Part shown: piece after piece, positions 40,541 through 54,296 of the stretch | Layout: every line of letters starts with the position of its first letter | Numbering within the stretch: the stretch's first letter is position 1 | DNA from: Eledone cirrhosa | Lineage: Eukaryota | Assembly: GCA_964016885.1 (NCBI GenBank) | Contig: OZ024741.1 | Location: 80,414,001 to 80,478,000, forward strand | DNA length: 64,000 nucleotides | Direction of reading: 5' to 3' | Notes under the pieces: model-generated | Database searches by the model: none | What the model saw: only the letters and a program-made list of their open reading frames with translations | Told to the model about the DNA's origin: nothing | Translations under genes and position numbers: made by a program

Positions 40541-41559
40541 TTGCAAATAAAAGAAATTATTCTTTTTCTTCTTTCATGCTGCATCTCACCCCTTCAAATG
40601 CACATGCGATACTGCGCATTTGTTGGATAGTTAATAAACAACCCAACAGCTGTGAATCCCTCCTTTCCCGATTCAGTGCCAATATGAATGTTTTCATTGG
40701 AAAGAATATTATACCAGTCAAATATTGAGGAGGATATCGATTTAGTTCTGTGTCATCTCAAAATTTGAGTGTTGCGCCTATGTTAGAACTCAATATATAA
40801 ATTGCTTTTATATAAAGTATATGTATCTCAGCGTTATTTTATTTACTTATTAAACTCAATTTATATAATGAATATGATTTACAAAAGAAACAAAATAGAA
40901 ATTAATTAAAGGAAAAAAAAGGTTTTTATTTTGATCTACGTTAGATATCGGTCAATAACTAATTTTACAACCATTGTGTCTCAACCTTTTTGATACCAAC
41001 TCACCTGAAACCAGCCCTTGATTTATGATAGAAAACTGCCCATTTTAATGTTTATCCTTATATTAAAACATTCCATCATAATTTTTTTAAAACATTTTAA
41101 GTAATGTTTTAAATACCAGCTTATTAATGAAAAACTTTATTTTATTGAATCCCACCAAATTTTTGGTTTTCAAAAGTAATTGAAACATAAGCTGTGTATT
41201 TCATTAGAAATAATAGCAATGGCAGGGTTAATGCTATTCCAAGTTTCTGCCAATCTAAACACATTATTTTATTCAGTTTCAAAGAAAATGTTCCTGTCAT
41301 TTACTTAGCAGTTCCTGGTTCTTATTTCTTTATAAAGTATGTCATAATGTTGAAGTCATTGTCATTAACTGATGAAGTTTTCAATAATAGCAAATCAATA
41401 ATGGTCAATTTAAAAATTCACTAACGCGACTAAATGTTGACACCTGTTGTCATGCTAAATATCGCAAAGAAATATTAAAACCCAGACAATTTTGCACTTA
41501 TTTATACTAATTTTCTGAGCCTGGGTGAACCTTATTACTTAAGACATATTTCACCATTT

Positions 41560-41877
41560 ATCATCATCATCATACGTCCGTTCTTCCACGCTAGCATGGG
41601 TTAGACCGGTTGTCCTGTTGTGGGCACTGCCCGGTCAGCTGACCTTGTCTTGCTCATACGGGAACTGATTCTGGCTTGATTTCTACAGCTGGATGCCCTT
41701 CTAACACCAACCTCATTTACAGTGAGTGCTGGGTGCTTTTTTGCTGTGGCACCTCCACGACCACTTTGCAGTGGAATGATAGGGACCCTAGTCCTATCAT
41801 CTCATTTCTACAGCTGAGTTAACTGGAGCAATGTGAAATAAAGTGTCTTGCTGAAGGAAACAACACATCACCCGGTC
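41560..41877 (-). mobile_element. Composite SINE with RTE tail, 5'-truncated at (TA)n
   Basis: Near-identical to 25470-25735. Confidence 0.75.
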
Positions 41878-41878
41878 C

Positions 41879-41924
<46 letters not shown>

Positions 41925-42633
41925 GCACGCACGCACACACACGTATGTATATATAATTATTTTATGTTCGCTTTTCCATGCTTGCATGGGTTTGACAGGT
42001 CGTCTCCACAGAATCCCATTCTTTTGTCGCATTCTTTTATCATCTCCACTGTGAGCCTTACATAGTCAGTACTCGAGCAGTGTTACTGACCTCACAGTTG
42101 GATTGGGGGCCTTCATCTCACTTCTGATGCTTTACTGAGTGCATTTTATCATGGCACCAGCACTAGGAAGATTGTCATGTCTTTCACACAGCTGAAGAGT
42201 CCTGTTGACCCCCTTTTGGCAGGTTTTCTATTGGATGCCCTTCCTATCACCTGCCACTTTATAGAGTGTACTAGTTGCATATATATATGTATATATATAT
42301 ATATATATAGTTAGAAATCCATTGAGGTGTGCCTGCCATCATTCAGTCTGATCATCATCGTCACTGTTTTTACTTCTATTTCCTACACTTGCATGCATTA
42401 GATGACAGCAGGTCTCAATTTTTGTTTCATTTCTTTTTGTGTTTCTCTTATTAAATCCCCCCCCCCCCCCCCCATAAAAAAAATTACCGGTTCTCAATAT
42501 ATTGCCTTGATGATTATACAAGTTAAATGTGGTTAGAATGTCTAAGGAAAAAGTGGTGGACAGATTTTACTGTCAAAACCAACTGGCAAGTGACTCAGAG
42601 GTAGATCATGAGCAAGGTGGTTGGATAACAACC

Positions 42634-44715
<2,082 letters not shown>

Positions 44716-46267
44716 ATAAATTGAAACAAAATGAAAACGAAATTTCATTTCTCACTCTTAGTATGGCACTTACTTAAATGTAAGTATGCATGTATACGTA
44801 CATACATATATGTATACAGACGTACAGTAGCATGCACATATATATATATATATACATATATACATACATATGCATACAGGTACACATACATATATGCACG
44901 TATCAGTTTAGCGGCGCTAACGTCGCTTTGTTCGTTTGTAAACAAACTGAACAGCCTGAATTTATGCCATACGGTGTTAAGGCAACCACGTCACCTTTTT
45001 GTTCAACACTGACACAGGAACGATGTACTAGTTTCAAGCTTGTTAGCTATCATCAGCACCGTTTACCCATCTGCCAGATAGTTGAACGTTCGAAAGTATA
45101 TACTTTCCTTATGAAAATTAACGGCTGAGCAGCCTAATTTGCATATTGAGTGAGTTAAATCGGTCAGGCATACCGAAAACGATAAATTGAAACAAAATGA
45201 AAACGAAATTTCATTTCTCACTCTTAGTATGGCACTTACTTAAATGTAAGTATGCATGTATACGTACATACATATATGTATACAGACGTACAGTAGCATG
45301 CACATATATATATATATATACATATATACATACATATGCATACAGGTACACATACATATATGCACGTATCAGTTTAGCGGCGCTAACGTCGCTTTGTTCG
45401 TTTGTAAACAAACTGAACAGCCTGAATTTATGCCATACGGTGTTAAGGCAACCACGTCACCTTTTTGTTCAACACTGACACAGGAACGATGTACTAGTTT
45501 CAAGCTTGTTAGCTATCATCAGCACCGTTTACCCATCTGCCAGATAGTTGAACGTTCGAAAGTATATACTTTCCTTATGAAAATTAACGGCTGAGCAGCC
45601 TAATTTGCATATTGAGTGAGTTAAATCGGTCAGGCATACCGAAAACGATAAATTGAAACAAAATGAAAACGAAATTTCATTTCTCACTCTTAGTATGGCA
45701 CTTACTTAAATGTAAGTATGCATGTATACGTACATACATATATGTATACAGACGTACAGTAGCATGCACATATATATATATATATACATATATACATACA
45801 TATGCATACAGGTACACATACATATATGCACGTATCAGTTTAGCGGCGCTAACGTCGCTTTGTTCGTTTGTAAACAAACTGAACAGCCTGAATTTATGCC
45901 ATACGGTGTTAAGGCAACCACGTCACCTTTTTGTTCAACACTGACACAGGAACGATGTACTAGTTTCAAGCTTGTTAGCTATCATCAGCACCGTTTACCC
46001 ATCTGCCAGATAGTTGAACGTTCGAAAGTATATACTTTCCTTATGAAAATTAACGGCTGAGCAGCCTAATTTGCATATTGAGTGAGTTAAATCGGTCAGG
46101 CATACCGAAAACGATAAATTGAAACAAAATGAAAACGAAATTTCATTTCTCACTCTTAGTATGGCACTTACTTAAATGTAAGTATGCATGTATACGTACA
46201 TACATATATGTATACAGACGTACAGTAGCATGCACATATATATATATATATACATATATACATACAT
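44716..46267 (-). mobile_element. 466-bp hammerhead-containing tandem repeat (retrozyme-like), 3.3 units, ribozyme sense on minus strand
   Basis: Exact 466-bp periodicity (ORF track repeats at 44731/45197/45663). HHRs at 45019-45063, 45485-45529 and 45951-45995. Confidence 0.9.
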
Positions 46268-49200
46268 CGTTCCTGTGTCAGTGTTGAACAAAAAGGTGAC
46301 GTGGTTGCCTTAACACCGTATGGCATAAATTCAGGCTGTTCAGTTTGTTTACAAACGAACAAAGCGACGTTAGCGCCGCTAAACTGATACGTGCATATAT
46401 GTATGTGTACCTGTATGCATATGTATGTATATATGTATATATATATATATATGTGCATGCTACTGTACGTCTGTATACATATATGTATGTACGTATACAT
46501 GCATACTTACATTTAAGTAAGTGCCATACTAAGAGTGAGAAATGAAATTTCGTTTTCATTTTGTTTCAATTTATCGTTTTCGGTATGCCTGACCGATTTA
46601 ACTCACTCAATATGCAAATTAGGCTGCTCAGCCGTTAATTTTCATAAGGAAAGTATATACTTTCGAACGTTCAACTATCTGGCAGATGGGTAAACGGTGC
46701 TGATGATAGCTAACAAGCTTGAAACTAGTACATCGTTCCTGTGTCAGTGTTGAACAAAAAGGTGACGTGGTTGCCTTAACACCGTATGGCATAAATTCAG
46801 GCTGTTCAGTTTGTTTACAAACGAACAAAGCGACGTTAGCGCCGCTAAACTGATACGTGCATATATGTATGTGTACCTGTATGCATATGTATGTATATAT
46901 GTATATATATATATATATGTGCATGCTACTGTACGTCTGTATACATATATGTATGTACGTATACATGCATACTTACATTTAAGTAAGTGCCATACTAAGA
47001 GTGAGAAATGAAATTTCGTTTTCATTTTGTTTCAATTTATCGTTTTCGGTATGCCTGACCGATTTAACTCACTCAATATGCAAATTAGGCTGCTCAGCCG
47101 TTAATTTTCATAAGGAAAGTATATACTTTCGAACGTTCAACTATCTGGCAGATGGGTAAACGGTGCTGATGATAGCTAACAAGCTTGAAACTAGTACATC
47201 GTTCCTGTGTCAGTGTTGAACAAAAAGGTGACGTGGTTGCCTTAACACCGTATGGCATAAATTCAGGCTGTTCAGTTTGTTTACAAACGAACAAAGCGAC
47301 GTTAGCGCCGCTAAACTGATACGTGCATATATGTATGTGTACCTGTATGCATATGTATGTATATATGTATATATATATATATATGTGCATGCTACTGTAC
47401 GTCTGTATACATATATGTATGTACGTATACATGCATACTTACATTTAAGTAAGTGCCATACTAAGAGTGAGAAATGAAATTTCGTTTTCATTTTGTTTCA
47501 ATTTATCGTTTTCGGTATGCCTGACCGATTTAACTCACTCAATATGCAAATTAGGCTGCTCAGCCGTTAATTTTCATAAGGAAAGTATATACTTTCGAAC
47601 GTTCAACTATCTGGCAGATGGGTAAACGGTGCTGATGATAGCTAACAAGCTTGAAACTAGTACATCGTTCCTGTGTCAGTGTTGAACAAAAAGGTGACGT
47701 GGTTGCCTTAACACCGTATGGCATAAATTCAGGCTGTTCAGTTTGTTTACAAACGAACAAAGCGACGTTAGCGCCGCTAAACTGATACGTGCATATATGT
47801 ATGTGTACCTGTATGCATATGTATGTATATATGTATATATATATATATATGTGCATGCTACTGTACGTCTGTATACATATATGTATGTACGTATACATGC
47901 ATACTTACATTTAAGTAAGTGCCATACTAAGAGTGAGAAATGAAATTTCGTTTTCATTTTGTTTCAATTTATCGTTTTCGGTATGCCTGACCGATTTAAC
48001 TCACTCAATATGCAAATTAGGCTGCTCAGCCGTTAATTTTCATAAGGAAAGTATATACTTTCGAACGTTCAACTATCTGGCAGATGGGTAAACGGTGCTG
48101 ATGATAGCTAACAAGCTTGAAACTAGTACATCGTTCCTGTGTCAGTGTTGAACAAAAAGGTGACGTGGTTGCCTTAACACCGTATGGCATAAATTCAGGC
48201 TGTTCAGTTTGTTTACAAACGAACAAAGCGACGTTAGCGCCGCTAAACTGATACGTGCATATATGTATGTGTACCTGTATGCATATGTATGTATATATGT
48301 ATATATATATATATATGTGCATGCTACTGTACGTCTGTATACATATATGTATGTACGTATACATGCATACTTACATTTAAGTAAGTGCCATACTAAGAGT
48401 GAGAAATGAAATTTCGTTTTCATTTTGTTTCAATTTATCGTTTTCGGTATGCCTGACCGATTTAACTCACTCAATATGCAAATTAGGCTGCTCAGCCGTT
48501 AATTTTCATAAGGAAAGTATATACTTTCGAACGTTCAACTATCTGGCAGATGGGTAAACGGTGCTGATGATAGCTAACAAGCTTGAAACTAGTACATCGT
48601 TCCTGTGTCAGTGTTGAACAAAAAGGTGACGTGGTTGCCTTAACACCGTATGGCATAAATTCAGGCTGTTCAGTTTGTTTACAAACGAACAAAGCGACGT
48701 TAGCGCCGCTAAACTGATACGTGCATATATGTATGTGTACCTGTATGCATATGTATGTATATATGTATATATATATATATATGTGCATGCTACTGTACGT
48801 CTGTATACATATATGTATGTACGTATACATGCATACTTACATTTAAGTAAGTGCCATACTAAGAGTGAGAAATGAAATTTCGTTTTCATTTTGTTTCAAT
48901 TTATCGTTTTCGGTATGCCTGACCGATTTAACTCACTCAATATGCAAATTAGGCTGCTCAGCCGTTAATTTTCATAAGGAAAGTATATACTTTCGAACGT
49001 TCAACTATCTGGCAGATGGGTAAACGGTGCTGATGATAGCTAACAAGCTTGAAACTAGTACATCGTTCCTGTGTCAGTGTTGAACAAAAAGGTGACGTGG
49101 TTGCCTTAACACCGTATGGCATAAATTCAGGCTGTTCAGTTTGTTTACAAACGAACAAAGCGACGTTAGCGCCGCTAAACTGATACGTGCATATATGTAT

Positions 49201-49774
49201 GTGTACCTGTATGCATATGTATGTATATATGTATATATATATATATATGTGCATGCTACTGTACGTCTGTATACATATATGTATGTACGTATACATGCAT
49301 ACTTACATTTAAGTAAGTGCCATACTAAGAGTGAGAAATGAAATTTCGTTTTCATTTTGTTTCAATTTATCGTTTTCGGTATGCCTGACCGATTTAACTC
49401 ACTCAATATGCAAATTAGGCTGCTCAGCCGTTAATTTTCATAAGGAAAGTATATACTTTCGAACGTTCAACTATCTGGCAGATGGGTAAACGGTGCTGAT
49501 GATAGCTAACAAGCTTGAAACTAGTACATCGTTCCTGTGTCAGTGTTGAACAAAAAGGTGACGTGGTTGCCTTAACACCGTATGGCATAAATTCAGGCTG
49601 TTCAGTTTGTTTACAAACGAACAAAGCGACGTTAGCGCCGCTAAACTGATACGTGCATATATGTATGTGTACCTGTATGCATATGTATGTATATATGTAT
49701 ATATATATATATATGTGCATGCTACTGTACGTCTGTATACATATATGTATGTACGTATACATGCATACTTACAT
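46263..49774 (+). mobile_element. 466-bp hammerhead-containing tandem repeat (retrozyme-like), 7.5 units, ribozyme sense on plus strand
   Basis: HHRs start at 46693, 47159, 47625, 48091, 48557, 49023 and 49489. Units appear identical. Confidence 0.9.
46693..46737 (+). ncRNA. Minimal type I hammerhead ribozyme (representative of 10 complete copies)
   Basis: aacggtg-CTGATGA-t agct aaca agct t-GAAA-ctag-TA^catcgtt: 7-bp stem I, canonical core, 4-bp stem II behind a U.U pair, palindromic ACTAGT stem III, and GUA cleavage after 46730. Confidence 0.92.
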
Positions 49775-50040
49775 GTATATATATATATATATGTGTATAT
49801 ATATATGTGTATATATATATGTGTATATATATATGTGTATATATATGTGTATATATATATATGTGTATATATATATGTGTATATATATATGTGTGTATAT
49901 ATATATGTGTATATATATATATGTGTATATATATATGTGTATATATATATGTGTGTATATATATATGTGTATATATATATGTGTGTATATATATATGTGT
50001 ATATATATATATATGTGTATATATATATGTGTATATATAT
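49775..50040. repeat. (TA)nTG(TG) imperfect array
   Basis: Only G interruptions on the + strand. Confidence 0.95.
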
Positions 50041-50078
50041 GAAATATAAGAATCAAAGAACTGTTCAAAACATTATTG

Positions 50079-50126
50079 TGCTTACAGCTGTTTCCTCCAA
50101 ACCGAGGTTTGGATTCTTCGGAGCAA
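50079..50126 (-). ncRNA. Minimal type I hammerhead of the Naiad 3' pLTR (core CCGAAGA)
   Basis: Minus strand: ttgct-CCGAAGA-a tccaaac ctcg gtttgga g-GAAA-cagctg-TA^agca. Palindromic ACAGCTGT stem III. The cleavage site overlaps a GTAAG donor-like motif. Confidence 0.8.
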
Positions 50127-51539
50127 TTTATTAATGCATGGACAGTTATATGACCTCCTTTTCAGCCGAGAGACATACCAAATACATATTCAAACATTGA
50201 TACATATTCAAACATTGTGGGTCAACATTCATTACAGAATTTAGAGTGGCAGTACACACTTCGAGATTACATTTATATTAATAGGTACAATCAAAAATCA
50301 AAGATATAGGTTAAAGTACAACATGAAGATAAGTGGTTATATAGTGCAAATGTTATATGTGTGGCACGCATGTGCGTCTTGTTTATATAGTGTGGCAGAG
50401 AGATATGTGTGGTAGAGGCACTTAGGTAGGTAAATAAGAGTGTTAGGTTGGTAGGTCTGGTGGCAAAGTCTTTATATGATTGATATAGTCTGTGTGTGGA
50501 GAAATATTATAAGCATTAAAGATAGTGCAAGCATTAAGTGTTATAAGTATTGGAGATGCACAGCGCAGGGATGTCAAGTAATTCATGTACTTCGGCATTT
50601 TCATGGTCAAGGGAGTGTATATTTCGATTATATGCCTTTCACATAATCCACGACAATCCAGTAAGAGATCGTAGTCTGGTGTTCTTTAGTTCGATACAGG
50701 GGGATGTTACGTTTCGAGAAACGCCATTGAATACCGGAAGTGTGTGTGTGGCTAAGGGGAGTTAATGCATGCGGGGAGGTAACTCTGGGGTTTCTATATC
50801 TAGCCATTAAAATGTGTCCCAATATAGACCCTAAATTCTATGGTGAGGTGCACCTTCCAAGAGAGACTTTTAAAGCATAAAGTGTACTAACTATAGAGTA
50901 GTTTATATTATTATTAAGGTGGATTAACCCATCTTAAGGTGCTACAAATGGAAATTATAGATGATGAGCGAGGATTCTAAACTGATCTCTGTGGTTGTAG
51001 TCTGCTCATATGACCAGGCGCGGTGATTGCAGGATTGCTTCAGGACCCAATGATCTCTGGTAAGATCTGGGTCATCGCTTGCTACATTGGATGTTGAAAG
51101 ATAATCGTCCCCAGGCAGGCCAAGGTCAATCCGCAGTCCTCGCGACCCCTCTCTGACCGTCAGATCATCCATATACGTACAACCCGCACGGCAGTTGCAT
51201 TGCATTCACTCACTGCGCTCAGCAGCCCGGTCCTACTGGTCAACAGCGCTACTCGATTAAATCATTTTACATCTGTCTAAGGAAGGTGTTTCCTCTGCCC
51301 AACAACATCCAACCGATCAATTCATGCTCAAAATTACCCTTAGAGCGGTGTAGTGCCATCAAGTGGGTGGATGTTGTCACACCTGCCGTAGAGGTATAAA
51401 TGGGTATTTTCCCTGCGAAGGGTTCCAGAGGGATGCCGTTGTTTGTGTTATAATGGATCAGCTAGTGTTGGGTATGTAGTATAGGGTGTGTTTCTGGTGT
51501 TTGATGCTAGATGTGGTGTTAGGTTCCAGTCCGACATTG

Positions 51540-53999
51540 CTATATATAGGGCTTAAAGTTTTGGAAGGAATGTCTGAGGCGGTGCTGGCAAGTTGCAAAC
51601 ACCTCAGATTTTTTGTTAAGTAGGTTACGGTTGGAGAAGATAATATTGTGTGTCTCTAGAATACAGAGGTTACAGAATTTATTAGGTGGTTTGTACGAGG
51701 TCGCGCTGCCTATCACTTCCCATTTGAGTGTGTATGGTTTATTTTTAGATTTTAGATAGTGTATGTAGCTAGAAAGTGAGGTGGAGTTGGCTAGGCTGTG
51801 CTTTTTGAACGAGTGGATGTGCGAGTTATATCTGATTTTGAAGCAGTTAGAAGTGGAGCCTACATAGGTTTCTGAAGAGTTATTAGTCGTGACTGTGCAT
51901 GAGTATATGACATCCTTGGTTAGGCATTTTTTATCTAAAGGGCAGGTTCTATTAGCTCTACAGTTACAATTATTCTGTGCGTTAGTCCGCTGGTTATAAT
52001 GCAATGCGGAAGTCTGTGTGGTGGATATAGGATTTTGGGTGTTCGGGTTGGCAACCCTGGTGTTATTACTTATACTAGTGTTATTTCTATTGTTACTGCC
52101 GTTGCTATTGTTGCTTGCTACAGTGGTATTTAGAGGGTTTGCATCCTGTTGTGATTTTGTTTGTTGGAAGTAAGAACTAATTTTACTATTATTGCTGCTA
52201 GCTATGTGGTATGCTAAGTTAGGCGTCGTAGAGTATGAGATTTTAATGGTGTTTTTGTTTAAGAGGTTGTGGTACTTGTGTCCTAGAGGGAAGTTTTTAT
52301 CTAGTAGTGAGAAGAAAGCCCTAGGTATGTTGGTGGAGACATTTAGGTTGAAAGGAGGGTTGAAAAATGTATTATTTCTTCTTCTATTTTTGTTTTTAGT
52401 GTTTGGTGTGTTGCTTCCTCCTAAGGCCTCACAGTAGTTTCCATGGTAATGGTTACTTCCTGTGGCACCCTCCGCTTTGGTGTACTTGTGGTTGCTATTC
52501 CTATTATTAGATTTCCTCATGGACATGTTGTGCGAGATTATGTTGTAGCTATGTGTTTTCTTAGGTAGGAACTCAATTTCTATATTATGGCCGGAGCTAG
52601 CTAATGCTTGATTGTAATATTGTGAGTTTTTGCTAAATATGTTTGCGTCATAGGACAGACTAGAGATTCTATTGGACACCCCCTTAGAGATAGAGTTTAA
52701 TATTGATCTAGGGTGATTAGACTTGGTATCTACGTAAATGAGTTTCTCATTAGGCTTATGGAAAGGTGTATATATTTTTGAGTCTAGGTATAGTGTGGCG
52801 TCTAGGAAGTTAACATTTTTAGTGTTTTTGTCCATGGTGATACTAAGGTTAAAGTTTTTGAATGTCTTATGCAGTTGTTTTCTAGTTCTTTCTATATTAA
52901 ATTTTTTATATTCTATGAGTAGAAGTGCATCATCGCGGTACAAACCACCGTTGAGGTAAGGGAGGTCTTTATGGATTTCATTGAGGAGGTATAGGCCGAC
53001 CAAATCAGTGACCTGCGCCGAGTCACTAGATCCCATGGTTATGTCGAAGTTGTTGTGCGTATCCTTGCGTGTCCATAGTTGGTCCTCGAAGGTGATTATG
53101 GTTTTACGGGCCGCAAGGATGACATCAACCTGGGCTCTAGTCAGGTCGCTATTGGTCATGGCCATGATAGGTGCCTTATTTAATAGGATAGGGGAAATAG
53201 AGGTGTAGTATGAATTGATATCAAATTGAATAAATTTTTTGTTTTTATTATTCTTGATATCCTTAAACCATTCAATTACTTCACCCGTATTTCCCCATTG
53301 TTTAAGGTGTATCTTGTGTTTAATTTGTGGGATGATTTTATCCAAAATCTTCTTGCTGATAATACCAATGTCGGACTTGGAAGGGCAGATAAGTCTTATC
53401 GTGGGGTTGCTGATGAAGTTCTCCTTATGGTCCTTCAGAGAGAATCTAGGGGGGTTCGGAGTGAAAGGTTGTGTATGCCTCTGTAGTCCTAGTTTAGACA
53501 CTATATTATAACCCTCTACATTAATATCTTCTAAGTTTTTCAAGGTGGTTTTTTTGTAGCTTTTATGTAGTTCATTATATATAAACTTTCTATAAGTAAT
53601 ATAATCTAGGCTGTATATGTTATTAGTTTTATCTGCGTGTACAATAATTTTATTACTAGTTTTGAATCCACTAATAGAAGTGTTAAGTTTGTTTAAGAAG
53701 GTGTTGCTTCTAATATGGTGCTTATTGTATTTAATGTTCTTAACTAGTTTAACTAGGTCATTTTCAAAGGAGTTAAGTAGAGTGTTATGAGGGGGGCTTT
53801 TAAAGGTTTTAAAGCCGAAGGAGTCAAAATTGTTAGTATTATTCAAGTTGTTAGATTTGTTTCTATCATAATGGAATGTCCTCCATCTCACTCTATGGAT
53901 AAATGAATTTACACTGTTGATCAGCAATTTCTCATATGTATTCCTGGATGGTATTGGTATGTTCTTGGTTGACATGGGGAGTTGGTCTTTGATTAGCAT
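51540..53999 (-). CDS. PLE polyprotein: RT + CxCx5Cx5C Zn-finger linker + GIY-YIG endonuclease (819 aa, intact)
   Basis: STKNIPIPS N-terminus; ADKT; LKDHK..PTIRLI; QFDINSYYTSI; DITMGSSDSAQVTDLVG; LYRDD; VNFLDATL; HKPN..YV..SNHP; [15 protein letters not shown]; [14 protein letters not shown]; CNLCILE..LLNKKSE..CQH. These motifs match the Naiad clade. Confidence 0.93.
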   Translation of the reverse strand: MLIKDQLPMSTKNIPIPSRNTYEKLLINSVNSFIHRVRWRTFHYDRNKSNNLNNTNNFDSFGFKTFKSPPHNTLLNSFENDLVKLVKNIKYNKHHIRSNTFLNKLNTSISGFKTSNKIIVHADKTNNIYSLDYITYRKFIYNELHKSYKKTTLKNLEDINVEGYNIVSKLGLQRHTQPFTPNPPRFSLKDHKENFISNPTIRLICPSKSDIGIISKKILDKIIPQIKHKIHLKQWGNTGEVIEWFKDIKNNKNKKFIQFDINSYYTSISPILLNKAPIMAMTNSDLTRAQVDVILAARKTIITFEDQLWTRKDTHNNFDITMGSSDSAQVTDLVGLYLLNEIHKDLPYLNGGLYRDDALLLIEYKKFNIERTRKQLHKTFKNFNLSITMDKNTKNVNFLDATLYLDSKIYTPFHKPNEKLIYVDTKSNHPRSILNSISKGVSNRISSLSYDANIFSKNSQYYNQALASSGHNIEIEFLPKKTHSYNIISHNMSMRKSNNRNSNHKYTKAEGATGSNHYHGNYCEALGGSNTPNTKNKNRRRNNTFFNPPFNLNVSTNIPRAFFSLLDKNFPLGHKYHNLLNKNTIKISYSTTPNLAYHIASSNNSKISSYFQQTKSQQDANPLNTTVASNNSNGSNNRNNTSISNNTRVANPNTQNPISTTQTSALHYNQRTNAQNNCNCRANRTCPLDKKCLTKDVIYSCTVTTNNSSETYVGSTSNCFKIRYNSHIHSFKKHSLANSTSLSSYIHYLKSKNKPYTLKWEVIGSATSYKPPNKFCNLCILETHNIIFSNRNLLNKKSEVFATCQHRLRHSFQNFKPYI

Positions 54000-54248
54000 A
54001 TTGGCAATATTATATGTCAGCTCAACGATATGGAGCAGTTAATAGTATTAGTTATACTATTTATGGTTATGTAAATACAAAGCCTTAAGCAGTTGTAAGT
54101 ATTTTACACACACCCTAAATAGTGGTAGGCAGTAATGTATTACTACCTTATTACCAGTAAGTTAAGTAGCTCAATGTAAAAACATCAGATGATTTACAGA
54201 GCAGTTATATGAAATATAAGAATCAAAGAACTGTTCAAAACATTATTG

Positions 54249-54296
54249 TGCTTACAGCTGTTTCCTCCAAACCGAGGTTTGGATTCTTCGGAGCAA
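54249..54296 (-). ncRNA. Hammerhead of the upstream Naiad pLTR
   Basis: Identical to 50079-50126, about 250 nt upstream of the ORF ATG. Confidence 0.8.

Noticed and set aside
44731-49762. Repeated 66/93/112-aa ORFs in the 466-bp units; CRISPR-like periodicity
   Set aside because: The ORFs run through the alternating purine/pyrimidine tract and resemble no protein. Units have no unique spacers and the DNA is eukaryotic.
51030-51085. Possible SECIS (ATGA...TGA hairpin on minus strand), since some Naiads are reported to encode selenoproteins
   Set aside because: The GA pairs Watson-Crick rather than forming the quartet, there is no apical AA motif, and the ORF has no in-frame TGA (ends in TAG).
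50993-51184. SRP (7SL) or 7SK RNA identity for the structured domain
   Set aside because: Only superficial similarity (long helix, GNRA loop, GATC pair). The conserved helix-8 and 5' motifs are not recognisable.
50942-51205. 87-aa ORF in the Naiad 3' UTR
   Set aside because: No recognisable domain. It overlaps the GC-rich structured segment, which explains the lack of stops.
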